DNA of 15,694 nucleotides from Candidatus Hodarchaeota archaeon (GCA_016839785.1 JAEOTQ010000050.1:1-15694), one strand, 5' to 3'; positions 1-8,468 are shown, counted from the stretch's first letter. Made by a program: numbers and translations. Notes: generated by a model from the letters alone, not told the origin.

Positions 1-389
1 GAAATTGCTGATCCAAATTCTTCCAATCCAGCAATCAAACCTGTGTCAATTATCGCATTTACAGGACCAGAAAGACCTGAAAATAATCCAAAAGGATTTG
101 CAATCATACCACCAGTAATTAAATCGAGGATATATAGAAGAATCCAAGCTATTGGAGCTGAAATAATACTGAGTAAACCAATTAGCTTTGATCTAGCAAG
201 TATACCAGTAAGACAAAAAGCAATGGCAACAAGAAGCAGTTCCACTTGCATCAGCAAGGGACTTGTTCGTGATCCCAATAAACCAAAAACTACTGCTATA
301 ATAACTGGACCAAAGACACCACCGAGAAAGGCTTGCCAAAAAGGAAGAGCCTTTACGGTTCGTAAATCATCAGAATCTGGTTCGAACAT
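1..389 (-). CDS. Multi-pass membrane protein of unknown function, N-terminal part (runs off the left edge of the window)
   Basis: Not in the ORF track. Manual translation from ATG 389 on the minus strand gives MFEPDSDDLRTVKALPFWQAFLGGVFGPVIIAVVFGLLGSRTSPLLMQVELLLVAIAFCLTGILARSKLMGLLSIISAPIAWILLYILDLITGGMIANPFGLFSG..., open for about 129 codons to the edge, with at least 3 hydrophobic helices. Confidence 0.85.
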   Translation of the reverse strand, partial: MFEPDSDDLRTVKALPFWQAFLGGVFGPVIIAVVFGLLGSRTSPLLMQVELLLVAIAFCLTGILARSKLIGLLSIISAPIAWILLYILDLITGGMIANPFGLFSGLSGPVNAIIDTGLIAGLEEFGSAI

Positions 390-429
390 TTTTTTTCACT
401 TAATTTGATTATATTTTCGTATAAGGAAC

Positions 430-535
430 TTGTACAGGAAGTTACTTATTAAAAGTAGCTATTCAGGTGTAAAGAAATAATTACGGATATCGGTTACGCA
501 ACTCTTATAGGTTTGTACAGGGAAGGGTTATTAAA
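430..535 (-). promoter_or_regulatory. Two imperfect direct copies of a TATA-box + CCTGTACAA element upstream of the 1..389 gene
   Basis: On the + strand, TTGTACAGGAAGTTACTTATTAAA (430-453) and TTGTACAGGGAAGGGTTATTAAA (513-535). On the minus strand both read TTTAATAA-N6/7-CCTGTACAA. Confidence 0.55.
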
Positions 536-608
536 TTAATCATCTAAGACATGGACGGGGAGTAAAATAGGGTTTTATGTTAGTTTTACTATTGAGATAA
601 AGATATCT

Positions 609-2561
609 TCAAACTAAATCGCTTAGGAATTCATCCCATGTCTTAATAGGAATTCCGTATTTCCTTGCTTTCTCTAGTTTCTTATTTCCTGGTTTTCCCC
701 CAATTACTAGTAAACCGAGTGATTTCGTAATAGGTGCCCATTCGTAACTATTTTTCTCGATTAGTGTCTTAATGTCCTTTTTGGTCATCTCTGGTACCTT
801 GCCTGTCACATATACGGTTCCTTTTGTTTCTGAGACACTATAATCGGTTATTTTTGCATCTGAATCGACAATTTCTTCATTTCCAATGAAATCTAAGAGG
901 TTACTTTTTATCTGCCTGGAAGGTCTTCGTTTATCAGCAGAGTAGTAAATAGAAACGCCTTTATCAAATAATGCTTTAGCCAAGGTGGGATCCTGTATTC
1001 CATCGATAATATATCCAGCAGTAAGATCAGATATTCCTTCAATTATCACTAATTGAGCAATAGAAGCGTTTTCAATTTCTTCCCATGAGTTGAAATGTTT
1101 TGTGAGAGTTTTACCCATTTCTAGTCCTAGGTTTTCAATACCAAGTCCTGCTAAAAAAAGATGTAATGGTAGTTCTCTCGAATTTTGTAGATTCTGATGT
1201 ATTCTTGATCCATTTTTTCCCAACAGGGTAACAAGTTTTGTTTCAGTTAATTTTCGATCATATAAATCGGAAAAATGTTTAATGTAACCTGAATCATAGA
1301 GCTTCTCTATGTTTTTCACTCCGAGTCCTTTTATATCAATTGTTTTTATCCAGTGCCTGATCTTTTGAATATCACGTTCCCTACACTCTTGACTTTTACA
1401 GACAAGATTTACACCCTCTATATGGAGGATTGACCCACAGGAAGGGCATGTCGCTGGAAGTGTGACAAAATTGTGTCCTTTTGTCACAACTCGGGTGATC
1501 TTTGGAATTACATCTCCCGAGCGAATTACCATAACTTGATCTCCAATCGCTACATCTAGAGTTTCTACAAATTCCCTGTTGTGTAAAGTAGCACGTCGAA
1601 TTACTGCACCAGCAATATCTATTGGTGCAAGCTCAGCAACGGGAGTGAGTACTCCTGTGCGGCCAACCTGCCAACTAATATCATTAATTAACGTAACTTT
1701 ACCTTTACTTTCAAATTTTAACGCAATCATCCATTTAGGATGATGAGCTGTAGTTCCTGCTTTATTTATTGCATCAGCTTCATTATATTTTAGAACTAAG
1801 CCATCAATTTCGAAATCTAGTGATGTTCTCTCCTTTTTTGCCTTTAAAAATGTTGTTTCAATATTTTCTCTTGATGGAGCATCAAGAGAGTCTATTTTGG
1901 CATTTTTAAACCCCCATTCGAGCAAAATATTGGTTTTTTCATGTAAAGTTTTTTCCTCCTTATACCCTATCAATTCAAACGCAAAAAACTCTAATCTTCG
2001 TTTATCAAGTAAGGAAAGATCCTTTTGCTTAATTGTACCGACTGCTAAATTTCTTGGACTACTGTAGTTGTCAGCTCCTAATGCATTAATTCTCTGAAAT
2101 TCAGACAGGGGCATAAAAAGCTCCCCTCTAATAAAAATACGATCTTTTACGGGGATAATTTTAGGGATAGATTTGATCTTCATTGCTACGAGAGTTGTGT
2201 CATCTCCAGTTACTCCGTTTCCCCGTGTTGCTGCTTGTACTAGCCTTCCCTCACTGTATGTTAATGAAAGTGAAAGACCATCAACTTTATACTCGACGAA
2301 TAGATTATATCCTTGACTCCATTTTATAACTTCTTCAATATCTAGTGCCTTCTGGCAAGATAACATAGGGATATCATGGGTAACTTTTCCCCCTTCAGGT
2401 GTCCCAATGACGAAAAGAACGGGATTTTCAGGATCTAATTGTCTCAGTTTATCCTCCAAACTGTCATAGGCTTCATCTGAAATTTCAGGTTCCCCATCAT
2501 AATATTTACGTTTATGGTAAAGGATTTTATTAGCTAATTTGGAAATCTCTTTCGCTGTCAT
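609..2561 (-). CDS. ligA: NAD+-dependent DNA ligase
   Basis: Domain Ia YY..GEPEISDEAYD, motif I EYKVDG, RGNG, RGELFM, DGLVLK, WQVGRTGVLTPVA, RATLHN, RSGDVIPKI, C4 zinc finger (CPSC...C....C), HhH repeats and C-terminal BRCT (VYVTG...KLEKARKYGIPI..WDEF). Confidence 0.98.
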   Translation of the reverse strand: MTAKEISKLANKILYHKRKYYDGEPEISDEAYDSLEDKLRQLDPENPVLFVIGTPEGGKVTHDIPMLSCQKALDIEEVIKWSQGYNLFVEYKVDGLSLSLTYSEGRLVQAATRGNGVTGDDTTLVAMKIKSIPKIIPVKDRIFIRGELFMPLSEFQRINALGADNYSSPRNLAVGTIKQKDLSLLDKRRLEFFAFELIGYKEEKTLHEKTNILLEWGFKNAKIDSLDAPSRENIETTFLKAKKERTSLDFEIDGLVLKYNEADAINKAGTTAHHPKWMIALKFESKGKVTLINDISWQVGRTGVLTPVAELAPIDIAGAVIRRATLHNREFVETLDVAIGDQVMVIRSGDVIPKITRVVTKGHNFVTLPATCPSCGSILHIEGVNLVCKSQECRERDIQKIRHWIKTIDIKGLGVKNIEKLYDSGYIKHFSDLYDRKLTETKLVTLLGKNGSRIHQNLQNSRELPLHLFLAGLGIENLGLEMGKTLTKHFNSWEEIENASIAQLVIIEGISDLTAGYIIDGIQDPTLAKALFDKGVSIYYSADKRRPSRQIKSNLLDFIGNEEIVDSDAKITDYSVSETKGTVYVTGKVPEMTKKDIKTLIEKNSYEWAPITKSLGLLVIGGKPGNKKLEKARKYGIPIKTWDEFLSDLV

Positions 2562-2660
2562 TCTTCATTTCTCCTACCTGAATTATAATTGGATAACCCC
2601 AGTTAGAGCAAGCGAAAATTACAAAACCTACAAGACTTTATCAATAGCAATTATTCAAGA

Positions 2661-2670
2661 TATTTAAAAA
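2661..2670 (+). promoter_or_regulatory. Putative archaeal TATA box for a leaderless IPK transcript
   Basis: TATTTAAAAA with the TTTAAA core about 28 bp upstream of ATG 2691, the canonical archaeal spacing. The region is AT-rich, so a chance match is possible. Confidence 0.4.
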
Positions 2671-2690
2671 TTAACGGAGTACTATTATAA

Positions 2691-3539
2691 ATGGAAATCG
2701 ATCTAATTTTAAAAATTGGGGGTTCAAGTATTTCTAACAAAACTTTACTAGCGAAAGCCTTGAAGAGTCAGTCACCAGACGACGTTGAGGAGGCACTAAT
2801 GATTAACAAGCAAAATATAGATCATATTGCGGCTGAAATAGGGGATTTATATTCTTCAGGAGTAAAAAAGATGATTATCTTAACTGGAGTCGGTTCCCCA
2901 GGACATTTTGTTGTTTTACAACATGGAATCCATAAAGGTAATTCAGGAAACATAAACCAACACTTAGGATTAGTGGATGCTCAAATTGCCGTTAATCGCT
3001 TACGACAGGCACTATTGAAAGCTTTTGTAGAAAATAAAATTCCTGTTGTCCAGCTCTACGCGTCTAGTATATTCGAATCAAATAAAATGCGAATTATTAG
3101 AGGTGATACATCCAATTTCGACCGATTCATTGAAAATGGGATTGTACCTGTCATTTCTGGAGATGTAGTCCCTGATTTAACAATGGGATATAGTGTTTTA
3201 AGTGGAGATCAAATATTACTTGATTTAGTCAAGAAATTTTCTCCCTGGAAAATAATTTTTGGCTCAGATGTGGATGGAGTGTTTGAGGAAGATCCAAAAG
3301 TTAATCTTCAAGCAAAATTAATCCCTAAAATTCCTCGTTCACATATCGATGAAGTAATTGACCAGATCTCAACTGGTGATGCTTCGGGACAGATGAAAGG
3401 AAAGCTTATCGAAATAGGGAATTTACTTGATCATGGGCAGGAGGAAATCATCTTACTAAATATTACTAAGCAAGGACGATTGCTTGATGCGATGACGGAA
3501 AATTCAGGTCCGAATTCAAAATTTTGTGTGGAATCCTGA
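2691..3539 (+). CDS. ipk: Isopentenyl phosphate kinase (amino-acid kinase superfamily; archaeal mevalonate pathway)
   Basis: LKIGGSSISNK, GVGSPGH (IPK consensus GxGSFGH with the signature His), PVISGDVV, VLSGDQI, GSDVDGVF, DASGQMKGKL (cf. DVTGGMxxK). Confidence 0.85.
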   Translation: MEIDLILKIGGSSISNKTLLAKALKSQSPDDVEEALMINKQNIDHIAAEIGDLYSSGVKKMIILTGVGSPGHFVVLQHGIHKGNSGNINQHLGLVDAQIAVNRLRQALLKAFVENKIPVVQLYASSIFESNKMRIIRGDTSNFDRFIENGIVPVISGDVVPDLTMGYSVLSGDQILLDLVKKFSPWKIIFGSDVDGVFEEDPKVNLQAKLIPKIPRSHIDEVIDQISTGDASGQMKGKLIEIGNLLDHGQEEIILLNITKQGRLLDAMTENSGPNSKFCVES

Positions 3540-3548
3540 AGAGATTTT

Positions 3549-4076
3549 TCAATTCATAAGAAGATGAATTCTGTTAATAATTTCTTTTCTGTCTTCGTTT
3601 ACTTCAATTGAGAGTGTGTTTAACTCTTCAATTTGCACTTTCTTCTTATTTGAGGGAGATTTTATTACTAATATGGGTTCTTGGTTGTTATATCTGAGTT
3701 TCGTCTCTTCATAGTCCTTAAAGCTCCTCATAACAAAAATAAGTGGGATTTTAGGGAAAGATGGGGGATAACTTTCGCATAAGACTATATCAACTGATTC
3801 AGGGACCAATTTTTGGAGCTCATCAAGGTTGGATCGTGTTGTAACTCTCTTGTAAGTTACAGTTTCGTAAGGACTGGTAAAAATAACACTATTCACATTC
3901 GAGTCATGATAAAGAGCGGAATCTTTACCTTCTGGATCAATAGAGTAGTGCGAACTACTAAATTTAATAACAAAAATCGTTATTCCAGTTTCACCAAGTA
4001 ATTGACTGCATTTCAGAGTAAAAGTGGTTTTACCCGTATTTCTACTGCCAACAATGCCTATCAAGAGAGGTACCAT
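3549..4076 (-). CDS. mobB: Molybdopterin-guanine dinucleotide biosynthesis protein B-like P-loop protein
   Basis: IGIVGSRNTGKTT Walker A, VIK....H..IDPEGKDS, DIVLCES (cf. DLILVEG); 175 aa is typical MobB length. Confidence 0.85.
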   Translation of the reverse strand: MVPLLIGIVGSRNTGKTTFTLKCSQLLGETGITIFVIKFSSSHYSIDPEGKDSALYHDSNVNSVIFTSPYETVTYKRVTTRSNLDELQKLVPESVDIVLCESYPPSFPKIPLIFVMRSFKDYEETKLRYNNQEPILVIKSPSNKKKVQIEELNTLSIEVNEDRKEIINRIHLLMN

Positions 4077-4096
4077 AATATAAACTCAGATATTAA

Positions 4097-4480
4097 TTAA
4101 AGGAAATACACGATTATGTAGATTAACGCTCCTCCAAGAGTTATCAATCCACCCATGGTTCCTCCAAGAATTGCTAATAGAAAAGCAATAATCATCCAAT
4201 TTAGAGTTTCTTTTGTATTAATATTGTATCTGATTGTAAAGACAATTAGCAACACCCCCACAATAATCGAAACTACACTCCATAAAAATCGAATACTTTC
4301 ATCAAGAGTCACATAAGTCGCTAAAGGGAATGGATTAGGAATGGTTTGATCAATAAATGATGCTACACCATATAATAACATCAATAATCCTCCTAATACC
4401 ACTAAAAGGATCCCTATTACTGATGTGTAACGATGCCATTTTGTTTTATACCTGCGTTTTGTCATCATAGTGTTCCTCAT
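4097..4480 (-). CDS. Small membrane protein (about 3-4 TM, Gly-rich), function unknown
   Basis: Basic N-terminus followed by hydrophobic helices, C-terminal LAILGGTMGGLITLGGALI; ends 20 bp upstream of mobB (likely co-transcribed). The true start may be ATG 4468/4465, which is preceded by GAGG. Confidence 0.8.
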   Translation of the reverse strand: MRNTMMTKRRYKTKWHRYTSVIGILLVVLGGLLMLLYGVASFIDQTIPNPFPLATYVTLDESIRFLWSVVSIIVGVLLIVFTIRYNINTKETLNWMIIAFLLAILGGTMGGLITLGGALIYIIVYFL

Positions 4481-4646
4481 AAATCTTATGTATTTTGCCT
4501 AAACTAGCCAGCAAATTGTTTATGATAATCCATTCTACCTACTATCCTTGGTTTTGAGTTAGTAAAGTATTGCACTCAAATAATTTTGGTTTTTATCTCT
4601 CATCCAATAATTTCAAATAGAAGAGCTTGAATATTCATGAATTACC

Positions 4647-5099
4647 ATGTCTCCTAATCAACGATCATCATGGAAAAAATATTTTATGAAAATTGCCTCA
4701 CAGGTTGGTACACGTTCGACGTGTGATCGTAAAAGTGTCGGAGCGGTGATTGTTCGTGATAAAACAATTTTATCTACTGGTTATAATGGATCAATACGTG
4801 GGCTTGCCCATTGCGACGAAGAAGGACATATGATGGACGAAGGTCATTGTGTGCGTACAGTCCATGCAGAAGCGAATGCAATTGCTCAAGCAGCAAAAAA
4901 CGGTGTGAATCTGAGTGGGGCGGAGATTTTCATTACATCGTCGCCTTGTTGGACGTGCTTCAAACTCTTAGCAAATTCAGGAATAGTTAAAATTACTTAT
5001 GGAGAATTTTATAGAGACGAAAGGATTTTTGAAGCATCTAGTCAAGCTGGCATTGAGCTCGAACATCTTTCACCAGAAAATGATACTGGTGTAAAGTAA
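4647..5099 (+). CDS. dCMP deaminase / ComEB family zinc-dependent deaminase
   Basis: YFMKIA..V..RSTC.R..VGAVIV, STGYNG, HAEANAI and SPCWTC zinc motifs. Confidence 0.93.
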   Translation: MSPNQRSSWKKYFMKIASQVGTRSTCDRKSVGAVIVRDKTILSTGYNGSIRGLAHCDEEGHMMDEGHCVRTVHAEANAIAQAAKNGVNLSGAEIFITSSPCWTCFKLLANSGIVKITYGEFYRDERIFEASSQAGIELEHLSPENDTGVK

Positions 5100-5110
5100 G
5101 GAAAGAAGGA

Positions 5111-5141
5111 GAAGCTGCTTTTCCCAGCTTCAGAAAAAAAA
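5111..5141. terminator. Hairpin plus A/T tract between convergent genes
   Basis: GAAGCTG(5111-5117)-CTTTTCC-CAGCTTC(5125-5131) is a perfect 7-bp stem, followed by A8 at 5134-5141 (oligo-T on the minus strand, downstream of the 5192 stop). Confidence 0.5.
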
Positions 5142-5191
5142 GAGAAGAAGGAGATCTCTAAAATCCCTCTCATTATTTAAATAAGGATCAT

Positions 5192-5578
5192 TCAAATTTT
5201 GAATCGATGAAAATATTGGGCTCGTGCCCTTTTCTTGACTCTAGTATTGCTATTACGATTTTTTTTCATAACAGCTCGTTTCTTTAGATTTTTTGGTTTC
5301 GGTGATGAACTTAATTCTTTTTTAATGTGTGGTTTCCGATTGAATATCTTCTTAGTTTTCGGTATTTTTTGAATATCTGTCTTCTTCTCATTATGACGAG
5401 GCTTTGAAGGAGTTTTCGAGAGTTTGGCTCCATCCGTTGCATTTGGTGTTATTTTTTGTGATTTGCGTCTCAAGAGCTGTTTTGTTTTTTCTTTTTCTTC
5501 TTCAAAGTATTGTGTTGCGATATCTATTTCAGTGCGATTACGTCTATTTTTTCTTGTGTGTGCAGTCAATGGAATCAC
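5192..5578 (-). CDS. Small highly basic, probably disordered protein (candidate nucleic-acid-binding)
   Basis: 128-codon ORF with about 27 K + 14 R versus about 10 D/E. The start is GTG 5578 or, more likely, TTG 5569, which lies 5 nt after an SD-like AGGTGA. Confidence 0.65.
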   Translation of the reverse strand: MIPLTAHTRKNRRNRTEIDIATQYFEEEKEKTKQLLRRKSQKITPNATDGAKLSKTPSKPRHNEKKTDIQKIPKTKKIFNRKPHIKKELSSSPKPKNLKKRAVMKKNRNSNTRVKKRARAQYFHRFKI

Positions 5579-6009
5579 CTGTGTTCGTATCCGAGAACAG
5601 TAGTCTGGTTACTCGAATTGGAAGTCTTTGAATGTCTCATTCTAGCTTAAGATAAGTCTTAGGCCTTGACTGGAGATTCTATCTGGGGATATTTATTGGA
5701 GTTCAACCTCAATGAGCGAATCGCATTATTTTACTCTTAACTCTATTGAAATAACTTCAACAATGTGATTATAGTCTGTTGTGACGTGTAAACCTTTCTT
5801 AGTAGCATTTTTTAAGTCTAGCCGTCTGATATTCTATAGAAGACAACTTTAATGAATATTACTTCCTATCACGTAAGATGTCTCTAAGTAGTTACGTATC
5901 CCAGATTTTTTAAGCTTATCGATTCAAAACTGCAGATGACATCATTTTTTGGGAAAAAAAGCAAGGATTCCTAGCAGAATATCTCAATTCTTTTGACATT
6001 GAAGGAAGT

Positions 6010-6744
6010 ATGTTAATGCCACAAATTAAGGTGATCTTTTTCAATATGGGTGGGACTCTTCTACAATTAAAGGATGCAACAATACCTCAACTCTATTCAA
6101 AGCATCTATCAACAATTTTAGAACGAAAGATCAGTCCAGATCAGGTTTTTACGGCCTTTCGCAAAGCAGAAAACTGGGCGTTATCCAGAAAAAACTTCTA
6201 CTACTTATTCTCTGATTTAGATCAAAGAAAGTACCAAAATGCCTTTTATAATGAATTAGGTGTTAAAGGTCGATCGTTAATTAATAAAGTCGAGGTTGCT
6301 CTTGCTGATCTCATCGATTTAGAATTCCAAATAGAAAAAGGAGCAAGAAATCTACTTCATAAATTGAGTAAAGAGTATTCTATTGGGATAATCTCTAATT
6401 GGGATATTGATCTTTATGAGATCTTAGATTCATTTGAACTACGAAAGTTTTTTGATTCGATCACGATTTCTGGAGAATTTGGGATAAGTAAACCGAGTTT
6501 AGAAATATTTAAATCGGGTCTTGCGGATTTTCCTGAGGCAAAAGCTAAAAACACAGTCTATATCGGAGATGACTATGATTTAGATATCGTACCTGCCCAA
6601 AAAATGCGAATGTTTACAATTTTATATGATAAAGGACCTTCAGGTATGCACGGATGGCCAAAAAGGCCGAAAGTAAAATGTCCCCGGGTTGAAAGTCTTC
6701 AAGATATCCCAATGATTCTTAAAAAGTTTGAGAAGTTAAAATAG
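6010..6744 (+). CDS. HAD-superfamily hydrolase (subfamily IA, REG-2/HDHD3-like) with Asn in place of the catalytic Asp
   Basis: Motif I VIFFNMGGTL, motif II IISNWD, motif III SKP, motif IV YIGDDYDLDI. Confidence 0.9.
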   Translation: MLMPQIKVIFFNMGGTLLQLKDATIPQLYSKHLSTILERKISPDQVFTAFRKAENWALSRKNFYYLFSDLDQRKYQNAFYNELGVKGRSLINKVEVALADLIDLEFQIEKGARNLLHKLSKEYSIGIISNWDIDLYEILDSFELRKFFDSITISGEFGISKPSLEIFKSGLADFPEAKAKNTVYIGDDYDLDIVPAQKMRMFTILYDKGPSGMHGWPKRPKVKCPRVESLQDIPMILKKFEKLK

Positions 6745-6748
6745 AGGT

Positions 6749-6768
6749 ATTTCACCCTCAAGTGAAAT
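6749..6768. terminator. Hairpin in the 28-bp gap between convergent HAD and malQ
   Basis: ATTTCAC(6749-6755)-CCTCAA-GTGAAAT(6762-6768) is a perfect 7-bp inverted repeat. Confidence 0.45.
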
Positions 6769-6772
6769 TCAA

Positions 6773-8293
6773 TTATCTAGCACATCGCTTGGTTAATTTA
6801 AGTAATTCGTTTCCTCTTTCTTCCATTTTTTGATTCCAGATAAATCTCCACTCCCAATTATTCCCTGTTGTTCCTGGAATATTCATTCTTGCCTCAGATC
6901 CTAGACGAAGAAGGTCTTGAAGTGGAATAATTGCCATATTTGCATCTGATTCCCAAGCAAGTCTGATAAGATCTCCAACGATATCTTTTCCAGAGGTGTT
7001 TGTGTATTCAAGTACCTCTTCTTGCAGATCTTCCAAAAGATCCTCAAACCACGCAAGAGTGGTTTGATTATCATGAGTTCCTGTATAGACAACAGAATTA
7101 TACCCTAAATTGTGAGGAAGATATTTGTTCTCTGTATATTCTTCATTATCATCACCAAAGGCAAATTGTAATATACTCATACCTGGAAATCCTGTTTGTT
7201 TTAGTAAATTCTCAACTTCGGGAGTAATAATGCCTAAATTCTCTGCAATGATAGGAAGGGCTCCCAACTGTTGTTTTAAAGTTTGGAAAAAATCGATTCC
7301 TGGTCCCTTAATCCACTTCCCTTTAACAGCTGTTTCTTCCTTTGCTGGTATTTGCCAAAAAGCCTCGAAACCTCTGAAGTGATCAATCCGAAGGACATCC
7401 AATTGGGTCAAATTATGTTTCATTCTTTTTACCCACCAATCATATCCAGTTTTTTTCATTTCATCCCAACGATATAATGGATTTCCCCATCTCTGACCTG
7501 TAGCAGAAAAATAGTCTGGTGGAACACCAGCAACAGATAATAATTCTCCATCCTCATCTAAAAAATATAAATCGGGACTAGACCAGACATCAACGGAATC
7601 ATAAGCAACAAAGATAGGAATGTCTCCTATTATCCTTATGTTTCTTTGGTTTGCGTACTTTCTTACCTTGTGCCATTGTTTAAAAAACAAGAATTGAGAG
7701 AATTTGTACAAATTAAGTTCTTCTCTCTTCGTATCCGTCCATTTTGAGATTATGGCAGGATCACGCGTTTTGAAAGAAGACCCCCACTCATTCCAAGATT
7801 TCATGTTATTTGCTTTTTTTAATGACATGAATATTGCGTAATCATTCAACCAATAGCTGTGAATTTTAATGAAATCATAAAATTCTGTTTCTAGTCTATG
7901 ATCGCTATTCTGAGTAAATGTCTTGTATGCCCGTTCTACAAGTTTTTGTTTGTACGTGATAACATATTCATATTCAATCCTTGATCTATCCATAAACTTT
8001 GGAGGAGTAATGTCTTTTTTAACTAGTAATTTCATTTGTACTAGTAAATGAGGACTAATTAATAATGGGTTACCTGCAAAAGCAGAAAAACATTGGTATG
8101 GAGAATTTCCGTACCCTGTATGCCCTAAAGGGAGTATCTGCCAAAGTGTTTGACCCCATTTGTTTAGATAATCAATAAACCTGTAAAGATCAGGTCCTAA
8201 ATCACCAATCCCATGTTCGCCAGGTAAACTTATTGGATGTAGAAGTATGCCGCTTCGTCGTTGTTGAATCTCTTTGTTAATCATTACACCCAA
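6773..8293 (-). CDS. malQ: 4-alpha-glucanotransferase (amylomaltase, GH77)
   Basis: RRSGILLHPISLPG, WQILPL, SPY...SAFAGNP, IIGDIPIFV, AGVPPDYFSATGQRWGNPLYRW, RIDHFRGF (nucleophile), IIAENLG (acid/base), YTGTHDN, RMNIPG...NWEWR. Confidence 0.98.
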   Translation of the reverse strand: MGVMINKEIQQRRSGILLHPISLPGEHGIGDLGPDLYRFIDYLNKWGQTLWQILPLGHTGYGNSPYQCFSAFAGNPLLISPHLLVQMKLLVKKDITPPKFMDRSRIEYEYVITYKQKLVERAYKTFTQNSDHRLETEFYDFIKIHSYWLNDYAIFMSLKKANNMKSWNEWGSSFKTRDPAIISKWTDTKREELNLYKFSQFLFFKQWHKVRKYANQRNIRIIGDIPIFVAYDSVDVWSSPDLYFLDEDGELLSVAGVPPDYFSATGQRWGNPLYRWDEMKKTGYDWWVKRMKHNLTQLDVLRIDHFRGFEAFWQIPAKEETAVKGKWIKGPGIDFFQTLKQQLGALPIIAENLGIITPEVENLLKQTGFPGMSILQFAFGDDNEEYTENKYLPHNLGYNSVVYTGTHDNQTTLAWFEDLLEDLQEEVLEYTNTSGKDIVGDLIRLAWESDANMAIIPLQDLLRLGSEARMNIPGTTGNNWEWRFIWNQKMEERGNELLKLTKRCAR

Positions 8294-8468
8294 TTCCGAT
8301 CTATTTTATAGACACGAATTTCATTAAGAGAACTATTCAGTAGAGAAATCTTTCTCTGACTTTTGGACTAGTAAGTCTGTTATATGCAAACTAAAAGGAA
8401 TTTTGTGAACTGATAAATATATTTTATACAACTAATATCCAAAAGAAAAAAAAGTTTAACGCAGAGAG

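Noticed and set aside
43-408. 121-aa + strand ORF from the track
   Set aside because: Antisense shadow of the real minus-strand membrane protein gene at 1..389.
430-535. Degenerate CRISPR array
   Set aside because: Only two imperfect copies with a 59-nt spacer and no cas genes; better explained as promoter elements.
4647-5099. Anti-phage dCTP deaminase or recent HGT island (locally higher GC)
   Set aside because: It lacks the N-terminal kinase-like domain of defence deaminases and has no defence neighbours. The GC rise is explained by Ala/Gly/Cys-rich motifs.
7226-7250. MalQ inactivation by AENLG
   Set aside because: All three catalytic residues (D in RIDHFRG, E in AENLG, D in THDN) are present, so the enzyme is probably active.
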